A DNA stretch of 64,000 nucleotides from Chitinophaga pinensis (GTDB lineage: Bacteria; Bacteroidota; Bacteroidia; 2-12-FULL-35-15). Location of the stretch: assembly GCA_945879015.1 (NCBI GenBank), contig CAMCUO010000005.1, forward strand, positions 1,306 to 65,305. The letters run 5' to 3'. A program made the position numbers and the translations under genes. Positions 1 through 9,090 of this stretch are shown piece after piece; within the stretch, counting starts at the first letter, position 1, and each line of letters starts with the position of its first letter. The notes under the pieces were generated by a model. It worked only from the letters and a program-made list of their open reading frames with translations. It searched no databases and was not told where the DNA came from.

Positions 1-925
1 AACTGGTATATAAAATACGTTAACCTTCCTTTTTCTCTCTTGCTTAAATTAATGGGAAAATATTTGGTAGATGAAGTAGAATTAAAAACGGCAAAATTCT
101 TTTTTATAAAATCAACTATATCTTTTGCTTCCATGTAAAATTTATCGGACAATCGATTTTTCTCCTTTGATAGAATCATGAAATAGTTTAATATTTCCTC
201 CTTACTTGCTTCACATTCTATTTGTTCAAATCCGGGTGGCAATTCTGGAGTAACTTCTGTAATTTCGGGAATCACTTTTTCGACAATTGAAATTTGGTTA
301 GATTCAACATCACTGCCCGAACTTTTTTTTTCTGATATTTCGTTTTCAATAAATCGTTTTACAAGCGGTTCATATTTATTTGTTAGGAATTCGCTGTATT
401 TTAAACATAAATTTTCTAAAAAATTTTTAAATTTCAGAAAATCATTATCAAATGTATATTGGAGGTGGTATTTTAAAAAATATTCGGCTGGCGTTTCATC
501 ACCTTTCACTATTTCCGTTAAAGAAAATTGCAAAGAAAAAAACAAGTCAAAATTATAGTCCCATTTATCTATAAAGCAATTCGTTTCAAAATTAACTATA
601 TTCAAATACTCGGATTCATTATCATTCCTTAAAAAATAGTCGGGGAATGGAAAGACTCTACTGTCTTCTGAATTTTTAAGGGCGCCAGGATACCTTATCT
701 TCTCATAATTTTCCAAATAGCTTCCATTTTCCCCATTATATTGAACTGATATAATGTTTTTTTGCCAAAGAGCGGATTGTATTGCATCCTGAAAGGTTTT
801 TATTAAAAACTGTCGGTCGTATATTTTCCATTTTTCATCACAACCTGTTAACTGAATGAAGATTGAGCCTGTATTTATTTCGTATTTATTTGCCACTTCT
901 GAAATTGTTTTTTTGTTTTTTTCAT
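1..925 (-). CDS. Hypothetical protein of the integrated element; C-terminus outside window, start ambiguous (ATG 925 plus a -1 shift, or GTG 896)
   Basis: My own minus-strand translation is open from 929 to the window edge, more than 300 codons (..TISEVANKYEINTGSIFIQLTGCDEKWKIYDRQF...EEILNYFMILSKEKNRLSDKFYMEAKDIVDF..). It is absent from the ORF track, apparently because its stop lies outside the window. The ATG at 925 is in another register and hits a stop after 16 codons. Confidence 0.55.
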
Positions 926-1074
926 TTACTTACGAATGTTGCCTGATAATAGCGGGTGTTTTTTGTACTGGCGCAATCGCTCTGGTCGCTATTATAAAAT
1001 CTGTTGCGCTCATATGACCAAATGTCGGACGCATCAATTTCAAATAAATCATAAAAAGTGTCGCTTCCGAACAT
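922..1074 (-). CDS. Small hypothetical ORF (50 aa, MFGSDTFYDLFEIDASDIW...)
   Basis: My own translation. Its TGA stop overlaps the ATG at 925 (ATGA), a typical coupled-gene junction. There is no recognisable domain, and it is below the ORF-track length cutoff. Confidence 0.25.
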   Translation of the reverse strand: MFGSDTFYDLFEIDASDIWSYERNRFYNSDQSDCASTKNTRYYQATFVSK

Positions 1075-1190
1075 AACAAACTTAATATTATATAATTGTT
1101 TTAGAATATTATAAAATTACATGATTCCCAATAAATTCCATTCATAAAATGGAAGTTCTTAATGTTTCTCTATTAAAATTTCTGCTTGAT

Positions 1191-2549
1191 TCATTTTCCC
1201 AATACCATTTCCATTGTTTCATCCAATGATTGTTCATCAAATGAAGCCAAATAAATTTCAGTTACTTTTAGGCTTTTATGACCTAATGCTTTTGAGATGG
1301 AGTACAAATCCGCTTTTTTCTTTCTTGCTATATTAGCAAAGCTATTGCGACTTGAGTGAAAATGCAAACGTTTGTTTAGTTTACATGATGCTGCAAGCTT
1401 CTTTAAATTGTAATTTATTTCCGAAGCTTTTGCATCCAATTGCTTTCTTAAAAATTGCTGATCGGAATAGTCAATATCATTATCCAAAATGGGAAACAAA
1501 AAATTTTCCGGCTTAGCGCTTCTCTTTTTGTAATATTTGATTATTTCTTTTGATTCAGAATTTACCTTGATCGACTTAAAGTGTCCCGTTTTACCCATCT
1601 CATAATGCAAACGTCCATTAATGATGTTTATGTTCTTTAGCTGGATTAGGTCGCTAATCCGAATTCCTGCATTATTAAAAGAAAAAAGATAGTAATTACG
1701 AACATCAATCAACTTTTGCTGCTCTGGTGCTTTCAACTTGGTTCGTTTTATTTTTGCCACTTCTTCAGAGGAAAGCGTTTCTTTCTCAGTAGCAACGTTT
1801 TTCATCTTAATGTGTAAAAAAGGATTTTTGTCTCGGTCAATTAATGGTTGTGATTCATTCATTGCTTTATACAAAATTGCTCTTACAGTTTTTAAATGAA
1901 AATTTATAGTGTTTGATTTTTTACCTTCTTTAATAAGAGCAGATTCATATTGTCTCAAAAATTCAACATTTAATTCATCGAAAAGAAGCGATTGCTTCTT
2001 AATATGTTTTTCAATGCTTCTGAGAACAGAGAGATGGTTCTTTGCTGTGGAAAGTTTATTGCGTTCCACTAAATGATCCACTGATTTTTTTGCATATACT
2101 AGAAAATCAGAAGAAGCATTGTATTTGTTGGTTGCTTTGTCTTTAATGTGTTGAGATGTCTGTGAGCCATCAGTTAAAGAAACCTGCTGCTTTACCCGGA
2201 TAACATCATTTAACTTTTGCTCGATGTCTGAATTGATTGCTTTGGCATTGGATAAAGCTTTCTTTTCCGGATTTTTTTTGGTGCGAGTGATATAAAGGCA
2301 ATTGTTTTCATCATCCCAATTTTCAGGTTTTACAGAATAACCAGTGGAGATATACCTTGATTTACGATTAGCTGTTATTCGGAGCATGATAGGGTGAGTA
2401 CCATTTGAATAAGTTTTGTAGGTATAATAAACAATGGCTATCTTTGGTGCTGACATGATTGAATTTAATTTTTTTGCAAAACAAATATAATCATTTTGGT
2501 TGAAACATGGTTGAATCGAAATGCTCTTTTTAATACTTTTTATGAACAT
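1191..2549 (-). CDS. Tyrosine recombinase / phage-type integrase (Bacteroidota mobile-element type)
   Basis: 452 aa. It has an N-terminal arm-type DNA-binding region (KIAIVYYTYKTYSNGTHPIMLRITANRKSRYISTGYSV). Catalytic residues are visible: AGIRISDL (Arg), HSSRNSFA (HxxR), LGHKSLKVTEIY (His...Tyr). Confidence 0.9.
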   Translation of the reverse strand: MFIKSIKKSISIQPCFNQNDYICFAKKLNSIMSAPKIAIVYYTYKTYSNGTHPIMLRITANRKSRYISTGYSVKPENWDDENNCLYITRTKKNPEKKALSNAKAINSDIEQKLNDVIRVKQQVSLTDGSQTSQHIKDKATNKYNASSDFLVYAKKSVDHLVERNKLSTAKNHLSVLRSIEKHIKKQSLLFDELNVEFLRQYESALIKEGKKSNTINFHLKTVRAILYKAMNESQPLIDRDKNPFLHIKMKNVATEKETLSSEEVAKIKRTKLKAPEQQKLIDVRNYYLFSFNNAGIRISDLIQLKNINIINGRLHYEMGKTGHFKSIKVNSESKEIIKYYKKRSAKPENFLFPILDNDIDYSDQQFLRKQLDAKASEINYNLKKLAASCKLNKRLHFHSSRNSFANIARKKKADLYSISKALGHKSLKVTEIYLASFDEQSLDETMEMVLGK

Positions 2550-2625
2550 TCAATGCCTATTTAGTATTTTACAAGTTATTGATATTCAGTAATTAAATAG
2601 AATTTAGTGGAATTAAGTAGAGTTC

Positions 2626-2653
2626 TCTCGACTCTCGAGCGGAGTCGAGAAAC
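2626..2653. repeat. Perfect 9-bp hairpin tctcgactc-tcgagcg-gagtcgaga, a variant of the gagcggagtcgaag repeat family (family B)
   Basis: The inverted repeat was read directly. It shares the core cgagcggagtcga with copies at 3625, 15018 and 37203. Confidence 0.6.
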
Positions 2654-2784
2654 TGCTATTCTCTGCAAAACAATGTCATTAGCAAATTTTAACTTTACTA
2701 AGAATCGATTGTTAATTATTTCGTACTTTAGCATTCATAATTCATCCCCGCCATACTATTTAAATAGTATTTTTGCAATCATAT

Positions 2785-3534
2785 ATGTTTACGTTACTAA
2801 AAAAGGAAATTCGCAGTTTTTTAAGTTCACTCATTGGTTATATAGCCATTGGAGTGTTTTTACTGCTTATTAGTTTGTTCATGTGGTGGATTAAATCCGA
2901 TTCGGGTTCAAGTGCTAATTTGAACGTATTAGATAGCGGTTATGCAAACATTGATTCTTTATTTATCATAGCGCCTTGGGTGTTTCTCTTTTTAATTCCA
3001 GCCATTACCATGCGCTCTTTTGCAGATGAAAAAAAATCTGGAACAATTGAACTTTTACTTACTCGCCCACTTACAGATTTACAAATCATTTTAGCAAAAT
3101 ATTTTGCCGGACTAGTATTGGTTTTGTTTTCTCTATTGCCAACGTTAATTTATTATTATTCAGTGCATAAATTGGGTAGTCCTGTCGGAAACATAGATAC
3201 TGGAGGAATGTGGGGTTCTTATATTGGATTGTTATTCCTAGGTGCTGCTTTTGTTTCTATCGGAATATTTGCTTCTGCTATCACCGACAACCAAGTTGTT
3301 TCTTTTATACTCGCATTATTCCTTTGTTTCTTCATTTATATTGGGTTTGATTTTATTAGCTCTTTTTCTCTTTTCGGAAAAATTGATAATATCATTTTGG
3401 CATTGGGAATAAACAATCATTATGTATCAATGAGTCGCGGAGTAGTGGACACAAGAGATGTATTGTATTTTGTTAGTTTGATTGCTGTATTTATTTTGGG
3501 AACAAGAACGGTTTTGGAAAGTCGTAAATGGTAG
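2785..3534 (+). CDS. gldF: Gliding-motility ABC transporter permease GldF (ABC-2 type)
   Basis: Polytopic membrane protein. Start chosen at MFTLLKKEIRSFLSSLIGY, the typical GldF N-terminus. It is immediately followed by gldG. Confidence 0.8.
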   Translation: MFTLLKKEIRSFLSSLIGYIAIGVFLLLISLFMWWIKSDSGSSANLNVLDSGYANIDSLFIIAPWVFLFLIPAITMRSFADEKKSGTIELLLTRPLTDLQIILAKYFAGLVLVLFSLLPTLIYYYSVHKLGSPVGNIDTGGMWGSYIGLLFLGAAFVSIGIFASAITDNQVVSFILALFLCFFIYIGFDFISSFSLFGKIDNIILALGINNHYVSMSRGVVDTRDVLYFVSLIAVFILGTRTVLESRKW

Positions 3535-3624
3535 GTTGATGTGCAGATTTGCAGATTTTTGATGTGCAGATTATTTGGTTTTAAGTAAATAATTTAATAG
3601 GTAGCAACAAATAATAATTTTAAT

Positions 3625-3650
3625 GTCACACTGAGCGGAGTCGAAGTGCG
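3625..3650. repeat. Family B short repeat gtcacactgagcggagtcgaagtgcg
   Basis: It differs by 1 of 26 nt from the copy at 15018-15043. It is intergenic between gldF and gldG. Confidence 0.7.
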
Positions 3651-3662
3651 TAATTCATAGAG

Positions 3663-5351
3663 ATGAAAAGTAGAAATAAAAAACGGGATTTAGTAGCACT
3701 TGGTTTGGCGATTGCCTTACTGATAATGCTGAACTATATCGGCTCGTTTATGTTTCATCGTTTCGATTTAACTACTGAAAAACGTTATACTTTATCAGAC
3801 GCTACTAAAAAATTATTGGGGGATTTAGACGATGTTGTTTTTGTAAAAGTGTATTTGGAAGGCGAATTCCCTGCTGGTTTCAAGCGTTTGAGAAATGAAA
3901 CTAAAGAAATGTTGGATGAATTCAGAGCTTATTCTGATAATAATATCGAATACGAATTTATTAATCCTTCTGCAAATCCTGATAAAAAAGAACAGAATGA
4001 AGTTCATAAACAACTTTATGAGAAAGGTTTAGACCCTACTAATTTAGAAGTGAAGGATGATAATGGAACTTCGCAACAAATTATTTTCCCTGGAGCAATT
4101 GTAACTTATAAAGGTCATGATTTACCATGGCAACTTCTAAAAACACAAATGGGTCGTTCGCCCGAAGCACAAATAAATAATTCTATTCAATCATTAGAAT
4201 ATGAATTTGCAAGTTGTATAAGAAATTTGAGTGTTCATATTCGTCCAAAAGTTGCATTCATTGCAGGTCACGATGAGTTGGATACACTAGCTGTTCAGGA
4301 TATTGCAGATGCATTGAACGAGTTTTATGCTGTTAAACGTGTTACAATTGATGCACAATTAAAAGCCTTGAGTGGTTTTAAAGCGATTATTATTGCTAAG
4401 CCAGATTCTTCGTTTACTGATAAAGATAAATTCATCATTGATCAATTTATTATGAAAGGCGGGAAAGTACTTTGGTTAATCGATCCATTGTATACTAGTC
4501 CCGACAGTCTTCGCAGAAATGGTGGGACACTTTCTGTACCGTATAATTTGCGATTGGATGATATGTTATTTAAATATGGAGCAAGAATAAACCCTGATTT
4601 GATTGTAGATATGCAATCTTCCATGATTCCTGTGAATGTTTCAATGAAAGGACAACCAGCCAATATTCAAATGAAGCCTTGGATTTTTTCTCCATTGATT
4701 TTGCCTACCGGTAATCATCCAATTGTAAAAAATTTAGATGTAATTAAAATGGATTTCGTTTCAAGCATTGATACAGTTGCATCGATTGGAATTAAAAAAA
4801 CAATTTTATTGCAATCATCAAAATATTCGAAAACGATGCTTTCTCCTGTTAGAGTCGATTTGCGAATGGTGAATATGCCACAAGATGAAAAACGTTTTAA
4901 TAATCCTTATAGAAATGTGGCTGTTTTATTAGAAGGAAAATTCGAATCTGTATTTAAAAATCACCTAGATCCTAAAATTGCAAAGGACAGCGCCATTGGA
5001 TATAAGGCGGATGGAGTAATATCAAAAATGATTGTGATAGCAGATGGAGATGCAATTCGTAACGATATTGATTATCGTTCACAAAAAAAATTGCCTTTGG
5101 GTTACGATAAATATACTAATCAAACGTATGGGAATAAAAATTTCCTACTGAACTGTATGAACTATTTATGCGATGATTCAGGCTTGATTGGTGTTAGAGC
5201 GCGTGAATTAACTTTGAGATTGTTAGATAAGAAGAAATTAAAAAATGAACGATTGAAATGGCAAGTTATGAATAGTGGTTTGCCTTTATTAGGATTAGTT
5301 CTTTTTGGAATCATTTATAATATTAGACGTAAACGTAAATATTCATCCTAA
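3663..5351 (+). CDS. gldG: Gliding-motility-associated ABC transporter accessory/substrate-binding protein GldG
   Basis: 562 aa with an N-terminal TM, a large periplasmic region and a C-terminal TM plus basic tail (LLGLVLFGIIYNIRRKRK). Position after gldF is conserved. Confidence 0.8.
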   Translation: MKSRNKKRDLVALGLAIALLIMLNYIGSFMFHRFDLTTEKRYTLSDATKKLLGDLDDVVFVKVYLEGEFPAGFKRLRNETKEMLDEFRAYSDNNIEYEFINPSANPDKKEQNEVHKQLYEKGLDPTNLEVKDDNGTSQQIIFPGAIVTYKGHDLPWQLLKTQMGRSPEAQINNSIQSLEYEFASCIRNLSVHIRPKVAFIAGHDELDTLAVQDIADALNEFYAVKRVTIDAQLKALSGFKAIIIAKPDSSFTDKDKFIIDQFIMKGGKVLWLIDPLYTSPDSLRRNGGTLSVPYNLRLDDMLFKYGARINPDLIVDMQSSMIPVNVSMKGQPANIQMKPWIFSPLILPTGNHPIVKNLDVIKMDFVSSIDTVASIGIKKTILLQSSKYSKTMLSPVRVDLRMVNMPQDEKRFNNPYRNVAVLLEGKFESVFKNHLDPKIAKDSAIGYKADGVISKMIVIADGDAIRNDIDYRSQKKLPLGYDKYTNQTYGNKNFLLNCMNYLCDDSGLIGVRARELTLRLLDKKKLKNERLKWQVMNSGLPLLGLVLFGIIYNIRRKRKYSS

Positions 5352-6427
5352 TGCGTAAAAACAGAATTGCTATTATTTTAGTAATATTAATGGGTTCACT
5401 TACCTTTTGGTTTATTAATAAAAACCGAAAGAGTACATTAAGTGCAGAAATGAAAAGTTTTGCAGTAAAAGATACAGCATCTATCAGTAAAATATTTTTA
5501 GCAGATAAAAATGGTCGTAATCTTACGTTAGAACGTACAGAAAGTGGTAAATGGACTGTGAATGGAAAATATGGAGTTCGTATGGATGCCTTGGAAACCT
5601 TGCTGAAAACAATTATGCGAGTGGATGTGAAAGAGCCTGTGGGAAAAAAAGCACAAGATAATGTTATCAAGAGATTGGCTACAAGGGCTGTGAAATGTGA
5701 AATTTATCAAAAAGGCGAACTTACTAAAGCCTATTATGTTGGTTCCGAAACACAAGATTTAACGGGTACATACATGATTATGATTGATATTGAAACGATG
5801 CAAGCTATGGAGCGACCTTTTGTAACTTATATTCCAGGCTTTGAAGGATATTTGACAACACGTTATTTTACTGAAGAAAAAGGTTGGAGAGATCGCACTA
5901 TGTTTCAATATAATCCAAATGATATTAAATCAGTAAGAATGGAAATTCCTTACAACCCTTCTTTTGGATATGAATTAACAGTGAAAGGAAATAACGATTA
6001 TGAAATTAAAATGCTTTCGGATAATAAAGTAGTTGCGAATATTGACCCACTAGCAGTAAAACAATACCTTTCATATTTTCAGATTTTAAGTTTCGAAAGT
6101 TTTGAAGTGGATTTAAAACAAAATCAAATTGATTCTGTTTTGAAATCTCAACCAATTAATATTTTAACGGTTACCGATAAAGATGGAAAAGTAAATAAAG
6201 TGAAATTTTTTGCCAGAAAACCTAAAAAGGAGTCTTATGGTAAAGATGGACTTTTGTTAAAATTTGATGAAGAACGAATGGATGCACTAATGAACAACGG
6301 AGTTGATTTTGTTATGGTGCAATTTTACATGTTCGGTAAAGTAATGCCTACAGTCGATTATTTCCAAAAAGGTACAAATCAAAGCCCTCAGCCTGTTAAT
6401 CTTCCGGTAAATAAGCCAAAAGCCTAA
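5351..6427 (+). CDS. DUF4340-like protein commonly following gldG
   Basis: 358 aa with an N-terminal anchor. Its start overlaps the gldG stop (TAATG). Family assignment is from memory of the gldFG neighbourhood, not from a search. Confidence 0.55.
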   Translation: MRKNRIAIILVILMGSLTFWFINKNRKSTLSAEMKSFAVKDTASISKIFLADKNGRNLTLERTESGKWTVNGKYGVRMDALETLLKTIMRVDVKEPVGKKAQDNVIKRLATRAVKCEIYQKGELTKAYYVGSETQDLTGTYMIMIDIETMQAMERPFVTYIPGFEGYLTTRYFTEEKGWRDRTMFQYNPNDIKSVRMEIPYNPSFGYELTVKGNNDYEIKMLSDNKVVANIDPLAVKQYLSYFQILSFESFEVDLKQNQIDSVLKSQPINILTVTDKDGKVNKVKFFARKPKKESYGKDGLLLKFDEERMDALMNNGVDFVMVQFYMFGKVMPTVDYFQKGTNQSPQPVNLPVNKPKA

Positions 6428-6452
6428 ATATTTTTATTAACCAAAATTGCAT

Positions 6453-6480
6453 AAAGTCCCTGTTTTTAGGGACTTTATTT
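6453..6480 (+). terminator. Rho-independent terminator
   Basis: aaagtccct-gttttt-agggacttt followed by atttg, 26 nt after the stop at 6427. Confidence 0.6.
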
Positions 6481-6537
6481 GTTAAAAAGTTGGTTGAAAC
6501 TAAAGTTTGAAAGGCCCCTTTTTTTTGTTTAAATATT

Positions 6538-6545
6538 TATATTTG
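6538..6545 (+). promoter_or_regulatory. Candidate Bacteroidota -7 promoter box TATATTTG (TAnnTTTG) upstream of dnaN
   Basis: Exact match to the TAnnTTTG consensus, 36 nt before the dnaN ATG. Confidence 0.35.
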
Positions 6546-6580
6546 TTCTATTAAATAAAAAAACTTAATTCGACCTAAAT

Positions 6581-7702
6581 ATGAAATTTATTGTTTCCAG
6601 TACTTCATTATTAAAACAATTACAAGCCATCAGTGGTGTGCTTAACTCAAATAATGCTCTTCCGATTTTAGATAATTTTCTTTTCGAAATTGAAAAGGGA
6701 ACTTTGAAGATTTCTGCATCAGATTTGGAAACTACAATGACAACGTCAATTAGTATCGAATCAAAAGATTCAGGTAGCATTGCAGTTCCTGCAAAATTAT
6801 TATTGGATACTTTAAAAACATTTGCAGATCAGCCTTTGACTTTTTCTGTTGATGATAAAAAATACGGAATAGAAATTATTTCTGATTATGGAAAATACAA
6901 ATTAACAGGCCATAACGGAGAAGAGTTTCCAAAATTACCAGCATTGGAATCAGGTTCATCGCTTGATATTGATGCAAGTGTATTAGCATCAGCAATCAAC
7001 AAAACAATTTTTGCAACAGGTAACGATGAACTTCGTCCAGTAATGTCAGGTGTGTTTTGTCAATTAGCTACTGATAGCATTACGTTTGTTGCTACAGATG
7101 CTCATAAATTGGTGCGTTACCGTAGAACAGATGCTAAAGCAAAAGCTGCTTCATCATTCATTATTCCTAAAAAACCATTGAACCTTTTAAAGAATACTTT
7201 AGCTAGTGTTAGTGGAAATGTGAAAATCGAATACAACAATACCAATGCATTTTTCTCATTTGAAAACACAAATTTAATTTGTCGTTTAATTGATGGAAAA
7301 TATCCAAACTACGAAGCAGTTATTCCAAAAGAAAATCCAAATAAATTAACGGTTGATCGTGTTTCATTCTTAAGTTCAATCAAACGTGTCTCTATTTTCT
7401 CAAATAAAACAACTCACCAAGTGCGTTTGAAAATTGCAGGAAGTGAATTGAGTGTTTCTGCGGAAGATCTTGATTTTGCTAACGAAGCAAGCGAAAGATT
7501 AACTTGTCAGTATGGTGGAGAAGACATGGAGATTGGTTTTAACTCTAAATTTTTAGCGGAGATGTTAAGCAACATGTCATGCGAAAATGTAAATTTAGAA
7601 ATGAGCGCACCAAACCGTGCTGGAATTTTATTGCCAACAGAAAAAGATACTGCTGGTGAAGATGTGTTGATGTTGGTGATGCCAGTTATGTTGAATAGCT
7701 AA
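6581..7702 (+). CDS. dnaN: DNA polymerase III beta sliding clamp
   Basis: 373 aa with the typical N-terminus MKFIVSSTSLLKQLQAISGV and three-domain length. Confidence 0.95.
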   Translation: MKFIVSSTSLLKQLQAISGVLNSNNALPILDNFLFEIEKGTLKISASDLETTMTTSISIESKDSGSIAVPAKLLLDTLKTFADQPLTFSVDDKKYGIEIISDYGKYKLTGHNGEEFPKLPALESGSSLDIDASVLASAINKTIFATGNDELRPVMSGVFCQLATDSITFVATDAHKLVRYRRTDAKAKAASSFIIPKKPLNLLKNTLASVSGNVKIEYNNTNAFFSFENTNLICRLIDGKYPNYEAVIPKENPNKLTVDRVSFLSSIKRVSIFSNKTTHQVRLKIAGSELSVSAEDLDFANEASERLTCQYGGEDMEIGFNSKFLAEMLSNMSCENVNLEMSAPNRAGILLPTEKDTAGEDVLMLVMPVMLNS

Positions 7703-7727
7703 ATTCTTGCAAAATATAATTACGAAT

Positions 7728-7757
7728 AAATGTCATCTCGAATTGAGGTGACATTTT
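7728..7757 (+). terminator. Rho-independent terminator after dnaN
   Basis: aaatgtcatctc-gaatt-gaggtgacattt followed by tttg. Confidence 0.6.
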
Positions 7758-7764
7758 TGTTATA

Positions 7765-7892
7765 GAGCGTCATTGCGAGTCACGCCCAGAGCATCGGGGC
7801 GGGATGTGGCAATCTCTCATGATGAGGAGATTCGCTACCATTGAGGAGAGATTGCCACATCTCGCGAAAATGCGGGACTCGCAATGACGCTC
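7765..7892. repeat. Family A composite palindromic element (two roughly 50-nt units in inverted orientation)
   Basis: agagcgtcattgcgagtc...ggatgtggcaatctctc // gagagattgccacatc...gactcgcaatgacgctct. The same two units recur at 23202-23325. Confidence 0.85.
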
Positions 7893-7977
7893 TAATAATA
7901 ATTCAATTTATTTTACTAAATTCGTAATATGAAATGCAAAGCATTCATGATTATCGTATAAACTAATAACCCAATAA

Positions 7978-9090
7978 ATGAAAAAAGTACTACTTTCCAT
8001 CTTCGTTCTATTTGCTACAATTGCAAGTGCGCAAACAACAGTAATTGACAGCATTTTGTCTGGCGGCATCTATCGTAATTACAGAGTATATATTCCTGCT
8101 TCATACACAGGAACAACTGCACGACCACTGGTTTTTGATTTGCATGGTTATACTTCAAGCGCAATTGCTGAACAAGGCTATTCTAATTTTATGCCCATTG
8201 CGGATACTGCCAATGTGATTTTCGTTTATCCGAACGGAACATTAGATGTTAGCAGTCAGCCATATTGGAATGCGGGATTTGGTGCAGCAATGGATGATAT
8301 TGGATTTATTTCCAATTTAATTGATACGCTTTTAACTCAATACAACATTGATGCTAACATGGTTTATTCCTGTGGAATGAGCAATGGCGGATACATGAGT
8401 CATACTTTAGCATGTGAATTAAGTAATAAGATTGCAGCTATTGCTTCAGTAACTGGCAGTATGACTACGTATCAACAATCTATTTGTGTGCCTAATCGTC
8501 CTGTTCCAATTATGCAAATAAGCGGAAATGCAGATGGAACAGTTTCTTACGGAGGAGGAGGAGGCTCAATGGGAATTGATGCTTTGGTAAATTACTGGGT
8601 GACAAATAATAATTGTAATCCTACACCAATTTTTACAAACGTTCCGAATACAAGCACTACAGATGGCTGTACAGCGGAGCATTATTTATACAATGGGGGA
8701 ACAAATGGTTCAACTTGCGAGAAATATAAAATTATTGGTGGGGGACATACTTGGCCTGGTTCTCCATTTATTATTGGTGTTACCAATCAAGATTTTAAAG
8801 CATCCGAAAAAATTTGGTTGTTCTTTAGAAAATATAAATTAAATCAATTAACGGGAATAAGTGATTTGCAAAATGCTGATAAGATTACTCTTTTTCCAAA
8901 CCCAGCTACAAATATTGTAAACATTGAAGGAGAAAATGTTTCTTCAGTAATTATATATGATCTTGATGGAAGAGTGCTTATTCAAACTCAGCAAAAGCAA
9001 ATAGATATTTCTGCTTTAGCAAAGGGAGTTTATTCTGTTGTTGTTATTTCTGAGAAGAATAGAAGTGTGAAAAAATTGGTGAAGATGTAA
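7978..9090 (+). CDS. Secreted esterase (PHB depolymerase / feruloyl esterase family) with T9SS C-terminal sorting domain
   Basis: Signal peptide, GMSNGG nucleophile elbow, and a C-terminal roughly 80-aa T9SS-type tail (ITLFPNPATNIVNIEGE...VYSVVVISEKNRSVKKLVKM). Confidence 0.75.
   Translation: MKKVLLSIFVLFATIASAQTTVIDSILSGGIYRNYRVYIPASYTGTTARPLVFDLHGYTSSAIAEQGYSNFMPIADTANVIFVYPNGTLDVSSQPYWNAGFGAAMDDIGFISNLIDTLLTQYNIDANMVYSCGMSNGGYMSHTLACELSNKIAAIASVTGSMTTYQQSICVPNRPVPIMQISGNADGTVSYGGGGGSMGIDALVNYWVTNNNCNPTPIFTNVPNTSTTDGCTAEHYLYNGGTNGSTCEKYKIIGGGHTWPGSPFIIGVTNQDFKASEKIWLFFRKYKLNQLTGISDLQNADKITLFPNPATNIVNIEGENVSSVIIYDLDGRVLIQTQQKQIDISALAKGVYSVVVISEKNRSVKKLVKM

Larger units (their letters stand above)
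1..2549 (-). mobile_element. End of an integrated mobile element: tyrosine integrase followed on the same strand by two cargo ORFs; the element continues past the left window edge
   Basis: The integrase at 1191-2549 sits at the boundary with housekeeping gldF. The downstream ORFs have no recognisable housekeeping function. The other att end is outside the window, so the limits are unproven. Confidence 0.5.

Noticed and set aside
2607-2873. 88-aa plus-strand ORF with a GTG start
   Set aside because: It runs through the intergenic hairpin repeat and into gldF in another frame. It is low-complexity with no homolog features.
3538-3572. Direct repeat gatgtgcagatt ... tgcagatt ... gatgtgcagatt after the gldF stop
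   Set aside because: It is real but tiny and local, with no dyad symmetry or recurrence elsewhere in the window. It is most likely slippage-derived and not worth a separate hypothesis.
6428-7977. dnaN-adjacent region as a replication origin
   Set aside because: There is no dnaA gene nearby, and I did not see clustered TTATCCACA-type DnaA boxes or an AT-rich unwinding element. The intergenic space is occupied by terminators and the family A repeat.
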